64,000 nt of DNA from Candidatus Poribacteria bacterium (GCA_965205015.1 OZ242029.1:4480001-4544000); one strand, 5' to 3'; shown: positions 51,387 to 61,431, counted from the first letter of the stretch. Notes: generated by a model from the sequence alone, not told the origin. Numbers and translations: made by a program.

Positions 51387-52718
51387 TTAGGTGTCTATCC
51401 ATCGCTGAATGTGTTCAACAAGTTCTTCTCGCGGAACGATCTGTTGCTCTCTGCTTTCGAGATTCCGTATTGCCACTGTGCCTGCCTCTAATTCGTCAGA
51501 GCCGAGAATAACGGCGTACGGGATACCTTTCGTATCGGCGTATTTTATCTGTGTGCTGATACGCGTCGGACGACTGTAGACCTCTGTACGGATACTGTCT
51601 TGGCGTAGAAGCGTCGCCAATTTCAGGGATTCTTGGGCGAGTTCAGCATCGAAAACAGTAACTAATACCTGTGTCACCGTTTTACCTACGGTCGCGGGAA
51701 ACATATCAAATTCTTCCATCACGTCTATAATCCGTTCAATACCGAAACTGGTACCAGTCGCTGGATATCCCTGCTTGCTGAAACTTCCAATGAGTTCATC
51801 ATATCTCCCGCCGCCGGTGATACTCCCAATCTTCGGTTCCTCAACAACGGTTTCGTAGATCGGACCGGTATAGTATTCCAAGCCACGCACCATTGAAACG
51901 TTAATCCGATAGAACTCGTCCGGCACCCCAAGCGTTTCGAGATAGCCATTGAGTTCTTCTAATTCCACAATACCCTCTCTCGCCACTTCGGAGTCTCCGA
52001 GTTGTTCATTGAGTGCGTTCAGCACCGTCGCTGTATCACCTTCAATCTGCAGCAGTGCGAGCAGTTTTTCAATGACGGGTTCCGGAATCTGATTTTCTGC
52101 TAATTCGTCCCTGACCGCCGAAAGTCCAATTTTATCTAATTTATCAATAGACCGATAGAGTCCACCGAGTTGCTCGTCTGGCACCCCGGCGAATTGCCCG
52201 ATCCCAGTGATTAATTTTCGGTCGTTGATATTAACCTCGAATTGCTCAAAACCGAGCCGAGTGAGCACCTGATAGATGAGATTAACATTTTCAGCATCAG
52301 CGAGCATACTCTCGGTTCCTACCGTATCCGCATCGCATTGGAAGAATTGGCGATAGCGTCCTTTTTGTGGACGTTCCGCTCGCCAGACAGGATCGATCTG
52401 GTATCGCTTAAACGGTTTCGGGAGTTGTGGATGCATAGCAATAACTCGACAGAGCGGCACCGAAAGGTCGTAACGGAGAGAGATGTCCTCTTTTCCACCT
52501 ACGTGCCCTGCCTGATAGATGAGTTTCTCAGCATCCGGTCCGTATTTGCCTGTGAGGACTTCAGACAACTCAAGCGCGGGTGTTTGCAAGGGTTCAAACC
52601 CGAATTCCTCGAACACGTCTCGAATCACATCAATCACATACTGTCTACGAATCATCTGCTCAGGCAAAATGTCTCGCATCCCGCGCGGGACGCGCGGTTT
52701 AATAAAAGGGGTTGCCAT
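51387..52718 (-). CDS. hisS: Histidine--tRNA ligase
   Basis: PRGMRD, LRYDLSVP, WRAERPQKGRYRQFFQCD, RGLEYYTG, GGGRYD, FGIERI, anticodon domain. Confidence 0.95.
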   Translation of the reverse strand: MATPFIKPRVPRGMRDILPEQMIRRQYVIDVIRDVFEEFGFEPLQTPALELSEVLTGKYGPDAEKLIYQAGHVGGKEDISLRYDLSVPLCRVIAMHPQLPKPFKRYQIDPVWRAERPQKGRYRQFFQCDADTVGTESMLADAENVNLIYQVLTRLGFEQFEVNINDRKLITGIGQFAGVPDEQLGGLYRSIDKLDKIGLSAVRDELAENQIPEPVIEKLLALLQIEGDTATVLNALNEQLGDSEVAREGIVELEELNGYLETLGVPDEFYRINVSMVRGLEYYTGPIYETVVEEPKIGSITGGGRYDELIGSFSKQGYPATGTSFGIERIIDVMEEFDMFPATVGKTVTQVLVTVFDAELAQESLKLATLLRQDSIRTEVYSRPTRISTQIKYADTKGIPYAVILGSDELEAGTVAIRNLESREQQIVPREELVEHIQRWIDT

Positions 52719-52730
52719 AAGTTCGGCTCC

Positions 52731-53510
52731 TTAAATGTGCCCGGGGAGTGCCTGACTCCGCCGTCTTCGCAAACCTTTTTGGAGGGTCTGCTTCAGTTCT
52801 TCAATCTTCTCCCGTTTCCATGAATCCCTGAGTGCCTTTGGATTCGCAATGAGAGAAGATTCAGTCTCGCGCAGCAGTTCAACCACCTTGAGATTATTTG
52901 CCTTGATTGTACGCCGAGATGAAGTCGAATTGTCAATGATAGCATCCGCTTCCTCAGGAGGTTTCCCTTCAGTGGCACCGAAAGACAACATGAGTGTAAT
53001 GGGGGACTGATAAGTACCAGGAGTGTTAAGCCGCTTCCACGGTGTCAAAATCGTAGGTGCGACCTTATTTCCCGTTTTTTGAAGGATATATTTCTCGGAG
53101 ATATTTAAATATTCAGTGGAAATTCGAATGTTTCTACCCGAGAAATTCATCAAATCGTCAAACGTGTTAATGTCATCGCGTTCTTCACGAACAGCGAGGA
53201 GAATATCCATACGTCCGTATTCCAAAGGCAAGATTTCCTCAACATCCGCGTCAGTTTCTTCGACCCAATCTTGACCCGTAATTCCGACATCGTAGAAGTC
53301 ATCCATACCGACATAGACGGGTATCTCTTGGGGACGCGAAATTTTGATTTGAAATTCGTTGTCGTTGCGGAAGGTCGCGCGATAAGACCTATCCGTTTCG
53401 GTATAACCGTTGAGTTCGTAACCGGCGCGCTGAAACATCTCAAGCGTATCCGTCTGTAGACTCCCTTTCGGTAAAAGTAGTTTCAGCGTCCTTTGTGATT
53501 CCGTTTGCAT
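52731..53510 (-). CDS. hisG: ATP phosphoribosyltransferase (short form, no C-terminal regulatory domain)
   Basis: LPKGSL, RPQEIPVYV, DVGITGQDW, STEY, SFGATE; start 53510 (AGGAG RBS) or 53552. Confidence 0.88.
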   Translation of the reverse strand: MQTESQRTLKLLLPKGSLQTDTLEMFQRAGYELNGYTETDRSYRATFRNDNEFQIKISRPQEIPVYVGMDDFYDVGITGQDWVEETDADVEEILPLEYGRMDILLAVREERDDINTFDDLMNFSGRNIRISTEYLNISEKYILQKTGNKVAPTILTPWKRLNTPGTYQSPITLMLSFGATEGKPPEEADAIIDNSTSSRRTIKANNLKVVELLRETESSLIANPKALRDSWKREKIEELKQTLQKGLRRRRSQALPGHI

Positions 53511-53548
53511 TATAAATTCTCCTTCTCCTATAAAGTACTGGGAAGTAT

Positions 53549-54988
53549 TCATAGAAGATCTTCAACAGTGACCACTTGTTTATCGCCCGTTTTGATTTGA
53601 ATTCTACACATCGGTTCATCGGAGACCAAACGGAGCAGATACTTATAATTCGCTTGGCTGGCGTACTCCTGCTGTGCCTGTAGATCACGCTCCATCAAGT
53701 CTACCTCAACGTTTTTACCCGATTTCCGCAGCGTTTCTGCGAGTCGTTGTGCTTCAGCAATGCCTTCGGGCGTTTCTGCTGCGATGAAGTAGTCTCTTTT
53801 CCCGTTAACAGGGGTTGCCTCGTTTGTGTCAGTAAAGGCTTCCACAAGTGCGTCAAATTGAAACGCAAATCCAGCACCAGGTATCGACGGACCTCCGAAG
53901 GAAGCGATCAGGTTGTCGTATCTTCCACCACCACAGAGTGGTAAACGTTTTTCAGGCAATTCGATTTGAAAAACCGTACCGGTATAGAAATCGAACCCGC
54001 GTGTGATACCTAAATTGATTTCAAAATCTGTAATACCGTAGTTTTCCAGACAGGCACAGAGGACAAGTAGTTCTTGACGTGCTGCTTGCGCTGTATCGCC
54101 GAGACGCGTCTCCCACGCTGTCATCACAGTGTCCTTATCGCCACAAATCCTTGAGACATCTATACAACACTGCGCCATATCTTCGGAAACATTGAAATAA
54201 CGGTGCCATCTCGCCTTATAAGTCTCCTCAGCAATCGTTGGCAGTTGCTCCGCAACGGCGGGGGCAGTGCTTTCGGTTAATCCCCGAATCGAGGCGGTTT
54301 CAATTTTGTAATTGCCTTGGTAGTCAGCTCCTTGCAGACGACGCAGCATCGTAAGCGCATCTTGCAGCGTTTCCAGATCCCACAGTTTACTTTCGTTACG
54401 GAGACTTACAAGATGGTCAATATCCCAAATCATTTCTGCTTGGTCTTTCGGATCCAAGGCACCCTGTTTGAAAATCTCGCGAAAAACGCCTGTATTGCCA
54501 ATTCTTAACTTCGTATGTGAGACGTTGAGTCTCTCAAGGACTCGGATCGGAATCGTAATAATTTCAGCATCTGCATGGACGGAAGCCGGTCCAATAAGTT
54601 CAACACCTGCCTGCCGGAATTCCCGCTTTACTTCGGCACCATCGGTAATCGGTTCCTGTCGGACACATTGTCCGATATAGTAGAGTTTATACGGATAAGG
54701 GAGATGTTTCAGTTCACCATTAGCGATGAGTCTACAGACAGGTGCGGTCAACTCAGGTCTCAGCGCATAATCCACCCGATCCGAACCGACGAACGTGAAC
54801 ATCTTGTGCCGGATCTCTTCGCCAGATTGCGCAGATAATAGGGCAAAGGCTTCAAACAGTGGGGTCTGGACCTGTGCGTATCCATAAGTTTCAAAGGTTT
54901 CGCGAACGATGTTTTCAACGAAATTTCGCTGAACCATCTGATCGGGTAGAAAATCGTTCGTTCCAGCAGGTTTCTCAAACTTTTCCAT
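53549..54988 (-). CDS. hisZ: HisRS paralog, probable ATP phosphoribosyltransferase regulatory subunit
   Basis: LRPELTAP, REFRQAGVELIG, RGFDFYTG, GGGRYDNL, GFAF; directly upstream of short HisG with a separate canonical hisS downstream. Confidence 0.75.
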   Translation of the reverse strand: MEKFEKPAGTNDFLPDQMVQRNFVENIVRETFETYGYAQVQTPLFEAFALLSAQSGEEIRHKMFTFVGSDRVDYALRPELTAPVCRLIANGELKHLPYPYKLYYIGQCVRQEPITDGAEVKREFRQAGVELIGPASVHADAEIITIPIRVLERLNVSHTKLRIGNTGVFREIFKQGALDPKDQAEMIWDIDHLVSLRNESKLWDLETLQDALTMLRRLQGADYQGNYKIETASIRGLTESTAPAVAEQLPTIAEETYKARWHRYFNVSEDMAQCCIDVSRICGDKDTVMTAWETRLGDTAQAARQELLVLCACLENYGITDFEINLGITRGFDFYTGTVFQIELPEKRLPLCGGGRYDNLIASFGGPSIPGAGFAFQFDALVEAFTDTNEATPVNGKRDYFIAAETPEGIAEAQRLAETLRKSGKNVEVDLMERDLQAQQEYASQANYKYLLRLVSDEPMCRIQIKTGDKQVVTVEDLL

Positions 54989-55166
54989 ATTTTAATTTTT
55001 CCTTACGGTAAAATGTCAAAAAAAAAACCCAGTAAACAGCTTACTCTTTTTCTCGCGCGCATCGACAACGCGGCACGGAGGAGAGCGGCTCGTTTACCAG
55101 GGTCCAAACAAGTTAAACTTGCTTCGTATCTAAAGGTATTTATTCATTTCCCATCATCCGCTCTAC

Positions 55167-55220
55167 TCAGAAATCGACCGAATGATGGTGATGGATATTC
55201 AATGTATTCGCGTTACACAT
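55167..55220 (-). CDS. hisL: Putative his operon leader peptide MCNANTLNIHHHHSVDF
   Basis: 17-codon ORF with four consecutive His codons (55182-55193) between the promoter and hisZ. Confidence 0.8.
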   Translation of the reverse strand: MCNANTLNIHHHHSVDF

Positions 55221-55317
55221 TTTTCATTTTCGCTCGCAATGTCGGGTCCCCACCCGTTACTCGGAAGGGGTCAAACTCAATATTAAAAAGTCAGTGATTT
55301 TAATTTAATTTAATGAT

Positions 55318-55346
55318 ATTATACCTCATTGAAAGATGAATGTCAA
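55318..55346 (-). promoter_or_regulatory. Consensus sigma70 promoter of the his operon
   Basis: TTGACA-17 bp-TATAAT on the minus strand. Confidence 0.8.
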
Positions 55347-55374
55347 ATTTTTTTAGAGACCACCGAACAACACA

Positions 55375-57006
55375 ATGCAAATTAAACCTATTTACATCAT
55401 CTCTATCCTCGGTTTCCTGCTATCGGTACTCCTCTGCGGTATCTACTTTCAATTTTCCTACTTTGAACCGGACACCGTCTCGTATCTATTCCAAGCAAAG
55501 TTGTTCACCGAGGGTAAACTCTCGGTGCCAGCGCCTCCGGAACACGGGTTCTCCTCTTCCCCACATATCAACGTTCTAAACGGGAAATGGTATTCAAAAT
55601 ATCCATTCGGAAACGCCTTGATGCTGATGTTCGGTGTATTTATCAATGCCCCGTGGCTGATTCCGGCACTCGCAACGGGGGGCGCGCTGCTGCTGCTCTA
55701 TCTTTTTGTGAAAGAGATATACGGGAACATCCATCCCGGAATGGCACTCACTGCCGCGGTGCTCGCTCTCATTTCGCCAGCGACACTTGGGATGGGTTCG
55801 ACCTGGTTCAGCGAGCCCGTGAGTCGTTTCTATCTTTCGCTTTATCTCCTTACACTCCTCAGGACGCTGAATTGCCAAAAGGATGCCTCTCTCCTCGCAC
55901 GGGTCGGTTACCCACTGCTCTCAGGGTTTTCGTTGGGATACGCGTTCAATACACGCCCACTCTCGGCAGTCGTCTTTGGTGTTGTCGGCGCAGGGTTAAC
56001 ACTTTACCACCTGTTTACCCAATGGCACCATCGACACGAAGCGGTGCAAGCGGTGCCCTCTACCATAAAACGCTTAGGGTTCTTCTTTATTCCATTCGTT
56101 GTGATGCTTGGCGTGTGCATGTCATGGAACGCACATTTCACGGAAGAGCCGCTCATGTTTACACATACGGTCGCGCAGCCTTATGACAAAATCGGTTTCG
56201 GTGTTCGCACAGAAGGTTACGAACCTAATCTTGAACGGGCGTTTATTTTTACACCGGCATGGGCGATCGAAAGGACCTGGCGACACATCCTCCCGAGCAT
56301 CAGCTTTAACGCGCTCGGTTGGGGGAGCTATCACCACGATTTGTTGAAGGACATAAAATTATCAGTGACGTGGTTCGTCGCCTTTGTGCCGTTAATTCTG
56401 CCGTGGGTTCTGGTCTTTATACCTTTCTTCCACCGCTCGCGCAACAGATACGATGTGTTCTGTTTGTCCCTACTCGTCGCCAACTTGCTGCTTTACGCCT
56501 TCTTCTACTTTGAGGGTTCGACGTGGGGATTCACGCCTGTGAATGCTCGCTATTACACTGAGTCAACTTTTCTTGCGTTCATCCCATTAGCGGCGCGCGG
56601 AATATGTATCCTCAATGAACGGTTCAAACCGTTCCAAAGACGCGGGCTTGCGATTGGTGTCGGGATATGTTTTCTGTTGCTGAGCGTTAACGTGGTGTGG
56701 AGTTATGTCCGCATTGGGAAGGTGTACCAGAATTGGAGTCCTGTCTATCAGAAACTGCCACCGATGGTAGCGGAGCGGGATATTCACAATGCCGTTATTT
56801 TCGTGGCGCAACACCGAGGCGCGCCGATTGGCGATTATCCGTTTAAGGCTCTCCAAGAGGCGGACATTGTCTACTTCAAACTCGGTCCCGCACCCCGGTG
56901 GAAACTCACAAATAGTGACTGGCAGAATGTCTATGCCCAATATTTCACGGGTCGGAACGCCTATCTGTACGTGCCTCGTGAAAACAGCCTTACACATTTA
57001 AAATAA
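55375..57006 (+). CDS. GT-C fold (PMT/ArnT-like) membrane glycosyltransferase
   Basis: Multiple TM helices; EPDTVSYLFQA, SKYPFG, FNTRP, ARYYTE. Confidence 0.7.
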   Translation: MQIKPIYIISILGFLLSVLLCGIYFQFSYFEPDTVSYLFQAKLFTEGKLSVPAPPEHGFSSSPHINVLNGKWYSKYPFGNALMLMFGVFINAPWLIPALATGGALLLLYLFVKEIYGNIHPGMALTAAVLALISPATLGMGSTWFSEPVSRFYLSLYLLTLLRTLNCQKDASLLARVGYPLLSGFSLGYAFNTRPLSAVVFGVVGAGLTLYHLFTQWHHRHEAVQAVPSTIKRLGFFFIPFVVMLGVCMSWNAHFTEEPLMFTHTVAQPYDKIGFGVRTEGYEPNLERAFIFTPAWAIERTWRHILPSISFNALGWGSYHHDLLKDIKLSVTWFVAFVPLILPWVLVFIPFFHRSRNRYDVFCLSLLVANLLLYAFFYFEGSTWGFTPVNARYYTESTFLAFIPLAARGICILNERFKPFQRRGLAIGVGICFLLLSVNVVWSYVRIGKVYQNWSPVYQKLPPMVAERDIHNAVIFVAQHRGAPIGDYPFKALQEADIVYFKLGPAPRWKLTNSDWQNVYAQYFTGRNAYLYVPRENSLTHLK

Positions 57007-57042
57007 GCGTAAGACCTTCGCCTATCGCTATAGAGCAAGAAC

Positions 57043-58152
57043 CTACATTACCTGTTCCAAAATGACAATATCCCCAGGGTTCCACGATTGCGCAATGATG
57101 TAAAGTTTACCGTCAATCTTACGGATCACAGCGCCGTGTAGATGCTGGAAAGTCTCCACACCCAACTCCTCTTTTAGCATAACCGTTGAGACAAGGTTGT
57201 TGCCCTCCAAGATGTAGAGCGGCGCGCCTTTCTCTTTATTCGGTCCGAAGAGACATGCGACGACAGCATATCCTGCTTCGTAGTCAATGCTACAGGGGAA
57301 TGATCCTTTGATAAGGAAGAGTGTTTCCAAGTAGGTACCATCTGGGGAATAACGTTCAATTTCTGCGTTTGCCCGATCGGAAGCATCCAATCGCTGTGTG
57401 CCGTAAGGCACTGTAATGTGGTGTCCTGTACCGAATTGCCCCGGTTCATCACCTTTACCGCCGAATGCCAACGGATACCAACTCGCCTCAAGCGGTTCAA
57501 GGCTTGTGAGTTTCACTCCCAGAATATAATCCAAATCGGAGTACCCAGTCGTAACGTAAAGCATTCCATCAATATGCGTGATACCGGTGGGTACGAACTT
57601 CCCACCCTCACTGAAATAGGTGTTAACTGCCTGATTCTTGAAATCGGTCATTGCGTCCGGAGCTTCCAGTGTATGAACGAGCTTCCCCTCCATCGTCGTC
57701 GTGAAAATTTTGCCGACATCGTCTGCCGGGAAGGAGAGGTAAGATGCCCCGGTAGAGGTGGTCCAGACGGTTGTGTAGTGGGCATTGGCTTTTTTCAGCG
57801 CAGGAGGGGTCTCAATGCGTCGCGTCGTCTTCAGATCTGCACTGATCTGGATGATGCCGACACCAGGGAGCGCAAAATAGGTTTCACCTTTCCCTTCCCG
57901 TCGGTCTACGTCAAACCCACCGTGTGCTTCATCAATTGCGGGGACGACTTCTGGCGGAAAATGGTCGCGCGTATAGAGGACCTTGAACTTCAGCGCGCCT
58001 TGCCCACTGGTTAGCTTCATGTCAGGTGCTTCATGATGCGCTACAAACTGGAAATTTCCTGTTCCTGTTGGAGGGTGTTCTGTTACATGCGCAGAAACAC
58101 CTCCAATTATTATAAAGGTAACGGCAAAAATTAAAACGACAACCCGTTTCAT
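57043..58152 (-). CDS. Secreted NHL-like beta-propeller protein
   Basis: Signal peptide; FGGKGDEPGQFGTGH, SDRANAEIERYSPDGTYL. Confidence 0.65.
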   Translation of the reverse strand: MKRVVVLIFAVTFIIIGGVSAHVTEHPPTGTGNFQFVAHHEAPDMKLTSGQGALKFKVLYTRDHFPPEVVPAIDEAHGGFDVDRREGKGETYFALPGVGIIQISADLKTTRRIETPPALKKANAHYTTVWTTSTGASYLSFPADDVGKIFTTTMEGKLVHTLEAPDAMTDFKNQAVNTYFSEGGKFVPTGITHIDGMLYVTTGYSDLDYILGVKLTSLEPLEASWYPLAFGGKGDEPGQFGTGHHITVPYGTQRLDASDRANAEIERYSPDGTYLETLFLIKGSFPCSIDYEAGYAVVACLFGPNKEKGAPLYILEGNNLVSTVMLKEELGVETFQHLHGAVIRKIDGKLYIIAQSWNPGDIVILEQVM

Positions 58153-58165
58153 CTAAATCTCCTCT

Positions 58166-58939
58166 CTATGCTTGTATCATCGCTCGAAACTTTTTGGTAA
58201 ACTCGCAACTGCGCGCAATACTCGCGACATCTTCCATCTTGTACTGGACAACGAGCGGACCTGAAAAACCGATCTCCTTCAAGCCTTGCGCAAACGTCTC
58301 AAAATCGAAAACGCCGCCACCCGGTTCCCCGCGGTTACTTCCCGATACATGGACATCACCGAGGCACGCCTTCATGGCGTGCGCCGCCGTGTGCGGTTCA
58401 GCCCCATCGTTGAAAAGATGATACGTATCACACGTCAGATAGACCTGCAGGCCCGTATCCTCAATGAATGCCACACCCTCGCGATAGTTATCAAGCGGAC
58501 ACCCCTTCTCAAACTCAAGTGCAATCTTCATCCCGTTTTCATTGCAAGCGGGTATCATCTGAGACAGGCTATCGGCAAGTGCGTCCAGAGATTCCTGTCT
58601 CGACACACCTTCGGACGGATTCACCCATACCCCAATGACTTCAGCATCGAATCGGCGTGCAACCTCAAGGACGATCTCAAAGTGCTGCAACGCTTCAGTT
58701 TTTCGGGCGGGTGTTGTTAAGATATGATTGCCGAATCCAATCGTTGGGGCAACGAGATTGTGTTTCTCGGCGAGGTTAACCGCGTCATCTATCTCCGCAG
58801 CCGAGAGTTCACCGAGAAAACCGGAATTCACAGGAATGTTGATACCCTCGTAGCCTGCATCGGCGACAAGGTCAAAAATCTTGGCACGTGTGAATCTACC
58901 CAATGTGCCAGAATACGGGTCATAACAGATAGTTAGCAT
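58166..58939 (-). CDS. Sugar phosphate isomerase/epimerase (xylose isomerase-like TIM barrel)
   Basis: IALE, DTYH, VHVSGSNRGEPG, GFSG. Confidence 0.88.
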   Translation of the reverse strand: MLTICYDPYSGTLGRFTRAKIFDLVADAGYEGINIPVNSGFLGELSAAEIDDAVNLAEKHNLVAPTIGFGNHILTTPARKTEALQHFEIVLEVARRFDAEVIGVWVNPSEGVSRQESLDALADSLSQMIPACNENGMKIALEFEKGCPLDNYREGVAFIEDTGLQVYLTCDTYHLFNDGAEPHTAAHAMKACLGDVHVSGSNRGEPGGGVFDFETFAQGLKEIGFSGPLVVQYKMEDVASIARSCEFTKKFRAMIQA

Positions 58940-58989
58940 TTTTTCCTACACAGATACCGCCCCCTACGGGGCTTGAATTGATTGTCAAA

Positions 58990-59220
58990 TTATTCAGAAT
59001 CGCTTCTTCCATCGGTTTCTTTTGATAAGGGATATGGATCTTCTTTTGTCAGTTCACCATTGGGGAGTTCATAGTAGAGGTGCCCATTGAAATCATAGAC
59101 GTTCGGAATCCCTTTTTTACGGTTTTCCTCTTGGGCTCTTTTGACGGCGCGATTACCAATCCTCAGGAACTCAAGTGTTTCTTCATAAATATCAACAGAA
59201 TCTAATTTGTCGTTGCGCAT
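58990..59220 (-). CDS. Small hypothetical protein coupled to the zeta-like kinase
   Basis: GGAGG RBS; TAATG overlap; GNRAVKRAQEENRKKGIP. Confidence 0.7.
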   Translation of the reverse strand: MRNDKLDSVDIYEETLEFLRIGNRAVKRAQEENRKKGIPNVYDFNGHLYYELPNGELTKEDPYPLSKETDGRSDSE

Positions 59221-59807
59221 TATGCACCTCCATTGCGAATATTTTGCATGAACAATTCAAAGAAATGTTCGTTTATTACCTTAATCTCATTGCCCTTACC
59301 AACGACGGTTTCCTGAAAGTGTTCCGCAGAGTTGTAAAACAAATGCCACCTATCTACCATATCTTTATAGATATACCAAAAATTGTGCTTGCTCCGATAA
59401 AAACGACGCACGACATCTTCTGTTGGCACATGGTGTCCACCCGCGCTCACTCGATTTCGTACCCGGGCAACGCATGTGTCAGCGGATTTGAGAAAAATAA
59501 AGACAATCGTGATTGTATATCCAGCACGTTTCAATTGGGAGATGATTCTCGTAAATCCTTTTCCTGAGAGTGTTACCTCAACGGCAAAGTCTTTCTCTGC
59601 TTCAATCAGCTCATGGATCTCTTTTATAAAGAGACGTCCGGCTTGAATTTTGACGCTGCCCATGTCCTCTGGTCTGGATACCAGTCTTTCCGCGATTGCA
59701 TCGGCACTGATGTATTCGGAAATCACTGAGTCGCGAAGATATTCACGAGCAAACGTCGTTTTGCCAGAACCGTTTGGACCCGCTACGACTATCACATTTT
59801 TCGACAA
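59220..59807 (-). CDS. Zeta-toxin-like P-loop kinase/ATPase
   Basis: AGPNGSGKTT, ADAIA, RVRNRVSAGGHHVP..RRFYRS. Confidence 0.85.
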   Translation of the reverse strand: MSKNVIVVAGPNGSGKTTFAREYLRDSVISEYISADAIAERLVSRPEDMGSVKIQAGRLFIKEIHELIEAEKDFAVEVTLSGKGFTRIISQLKRAGYTITIVFIFLKSADTCVARVRNRVSAGGHHVPTEDVVRRFYRSKHNFWYIYKDMVDRWHLFYNSAEHFQETVVGKGNEIKVINEHFFELFMQNIRNGGA

Positions 59808-59862
59808 AGTTTACCTTCCTAATTTCGGTGCAGTTAGGAAACCGCACCTACCGCGGGCTGGG

Positions 59863-61152
59863 TTACTTCTTGTTCAGACAGCACTGCTTATATTTCCGTC
59901 CACTCCCGCAGGGACACGGCGAGTTTCGTCCGATTTTCCGTGAACCTATTGGTGTATTAGTGCTTATTTTTTCTTGCTGACGCTGGCGCAAGATCGGCAT
60001 AATACTATTCGCAGGTCGTCCCGCTTGTAGTGCGGAAGCCATCATTTTCATCGGTTCGTCAATGTGATTGAAAAACTGCTTATAGCCAGCACAGAGATAG
60101 TTCAAGCCATCTTCACCCGTAGGTGTTTTGATGAATCGGTTCTTTGGGCAGCCACCGTTGCAAACGAACTTCACTTCGCAACTTCGACAGTATTCGGGCA
60201 GCGTATCGCGTTTATCGGTCCCGAATTTGCGTTGAAATGTTGAATCTACCATCTCGGCAATCGTGTTGTCCGCGATATTTCCGACGTGATAATCAGGCGT
60301 GACGTAATGGTCACAAGAGTAGAGGTCGCCGTTGTGCTCAATTGCGAGGGCATCCCCGCACGTTTCATTGAAAACACAGAGGCTCGGATTATAACCCAGC
60401 CATGCCTCCAGTGCGATATCGAAAATCTGGACGAAAACCCGTCCGATGTCGTTCACCACCCATTCATCAAAAATAGCGCAAAGGAATTTGCCGTATTGCC
60501 GCGCCGTGACGGAACGCGGGGACACATTCTTTCCATCGAAATGCTCGACCGCTGGAATAAACTGCATAAACTCTGCACCGAGTTCTTTGAAGTAGTTATA
60601 GACCTCCAGCGGATATTCAGCGTTGTGTTTATTGACAACGCAAAGTATATTGTAATCGACCCGATGCTCCTGCAAGACCCGCAACCCACGAATGACTTGT
60701 TCAGACGATGGCCTGCCGCGTTTGTCATACCGATATTTATCGTGAATTTCTGGCGGTCCGTCGATGCTGACCCCGATTAAAAATCTGTTCCGCTTGAACA
60801 ACTCCGCCCATTCATCATTGAGGAGGGTGGCATTTGTCTGAAACGTATTTTGGATCTGCATACCCGGGCGTCTATACTTCTGCTGATATCTGACTGCTTG
60901 TCGGAAGAAGTCCACCCCCATCAACGTCGGTTCTCCACCTTGCCATGCGAACGTGACTTCGTTGGTCTCCTGGGCGTCAATGTATTGCTTGATGTAGTTC
61001 TCCAAAATTTCGTCAGTCATGCGGAAGGAACGCGTTTCGGGATAGAGTTTCTCTTTATCGAGATAGAAGCAGTACTCGCAATCCAAATTGCATATTGGAC
61101 CGATCGGCTTTGTCATCACATGAAATGCGCGCGGTGTGTTATGTTGAACCAT
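59863..61152 (-). CDS. Anaerobic sulfatase maturase (radical SAM/SPASM) with C-terminal SEC-C motif
   Basis: CNLDCEYC, WQGGEPTL, YSCDH, CxxC..CNGGCPK, RNSPCPCGSGRKYKQCC. Confidence 0.93.
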   Translation of the reverse strand: MVQHNTPRAFHVMTKPIGPICNLDCEYCFYLDKEKLYPETRSFRMTDEILENYIKQYIDAQETNEVTFAWQGGEPTLMGVDFFRQAVRYQQKYRRPGMQIQNTFQTNATLLNDEWAELFKRNRFLIGVSIDGPPEIHDKYRYDKRGRPSSEQVIRGLRVLQEHRVDYNILCVVNKHNAEYPLEVYNYFKELGAEFMQFIPAVEHFDGKNVSPRSVTARQYGKFLCAIFDEWVVNDIGRVFVQIFDIALEAWLGYNPSLCVFNETCGDALAIEHNGDLYSCDHYVTPDYHVGNIADNTIAEMVDSTFQRKFGTDKRDTLPEYCRSCEVKFVCNGGCPKNRFIKTPTGEDGLNYLCAGYKQFFNHIDEPMKMMASALQAGRPANSIMPILRQRQQEKISTNTPIGSRKIGRNSPCPCGSGRKYKQCCLNKK

Positions 61153-61431
61153 CTGATTGTCCTCTTTTCACCTTAACCTTGTAACATAGAGCTTCCAAAG
61201 ATGTCTTAAAGTTTAGCATATTCCACGTGAATCTACAAGAAAATTTGTCGCGCTCAAATTTAGGTGGGCTGCGCTCTTCTTTCCCGTAGAAAAGCATCTG
61301 CTAAAAAAGGAAAAATGTGATATAATATTTTGTACAGAGGGATACAGAAAAACCTATTCACCTGACATTTCAAATTAAGATTTTGTGTCCGATAAGATTT
61401 TGGGCATTTCGTATTTGATGGAGGCGTTAAA

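Noticed and set aside
55013-55297. 94-aa plus-strand ORF with an A10 tract
   Set aside because: It is antisense to the his leader; the A-tract is better explained as the leader's U-tract.
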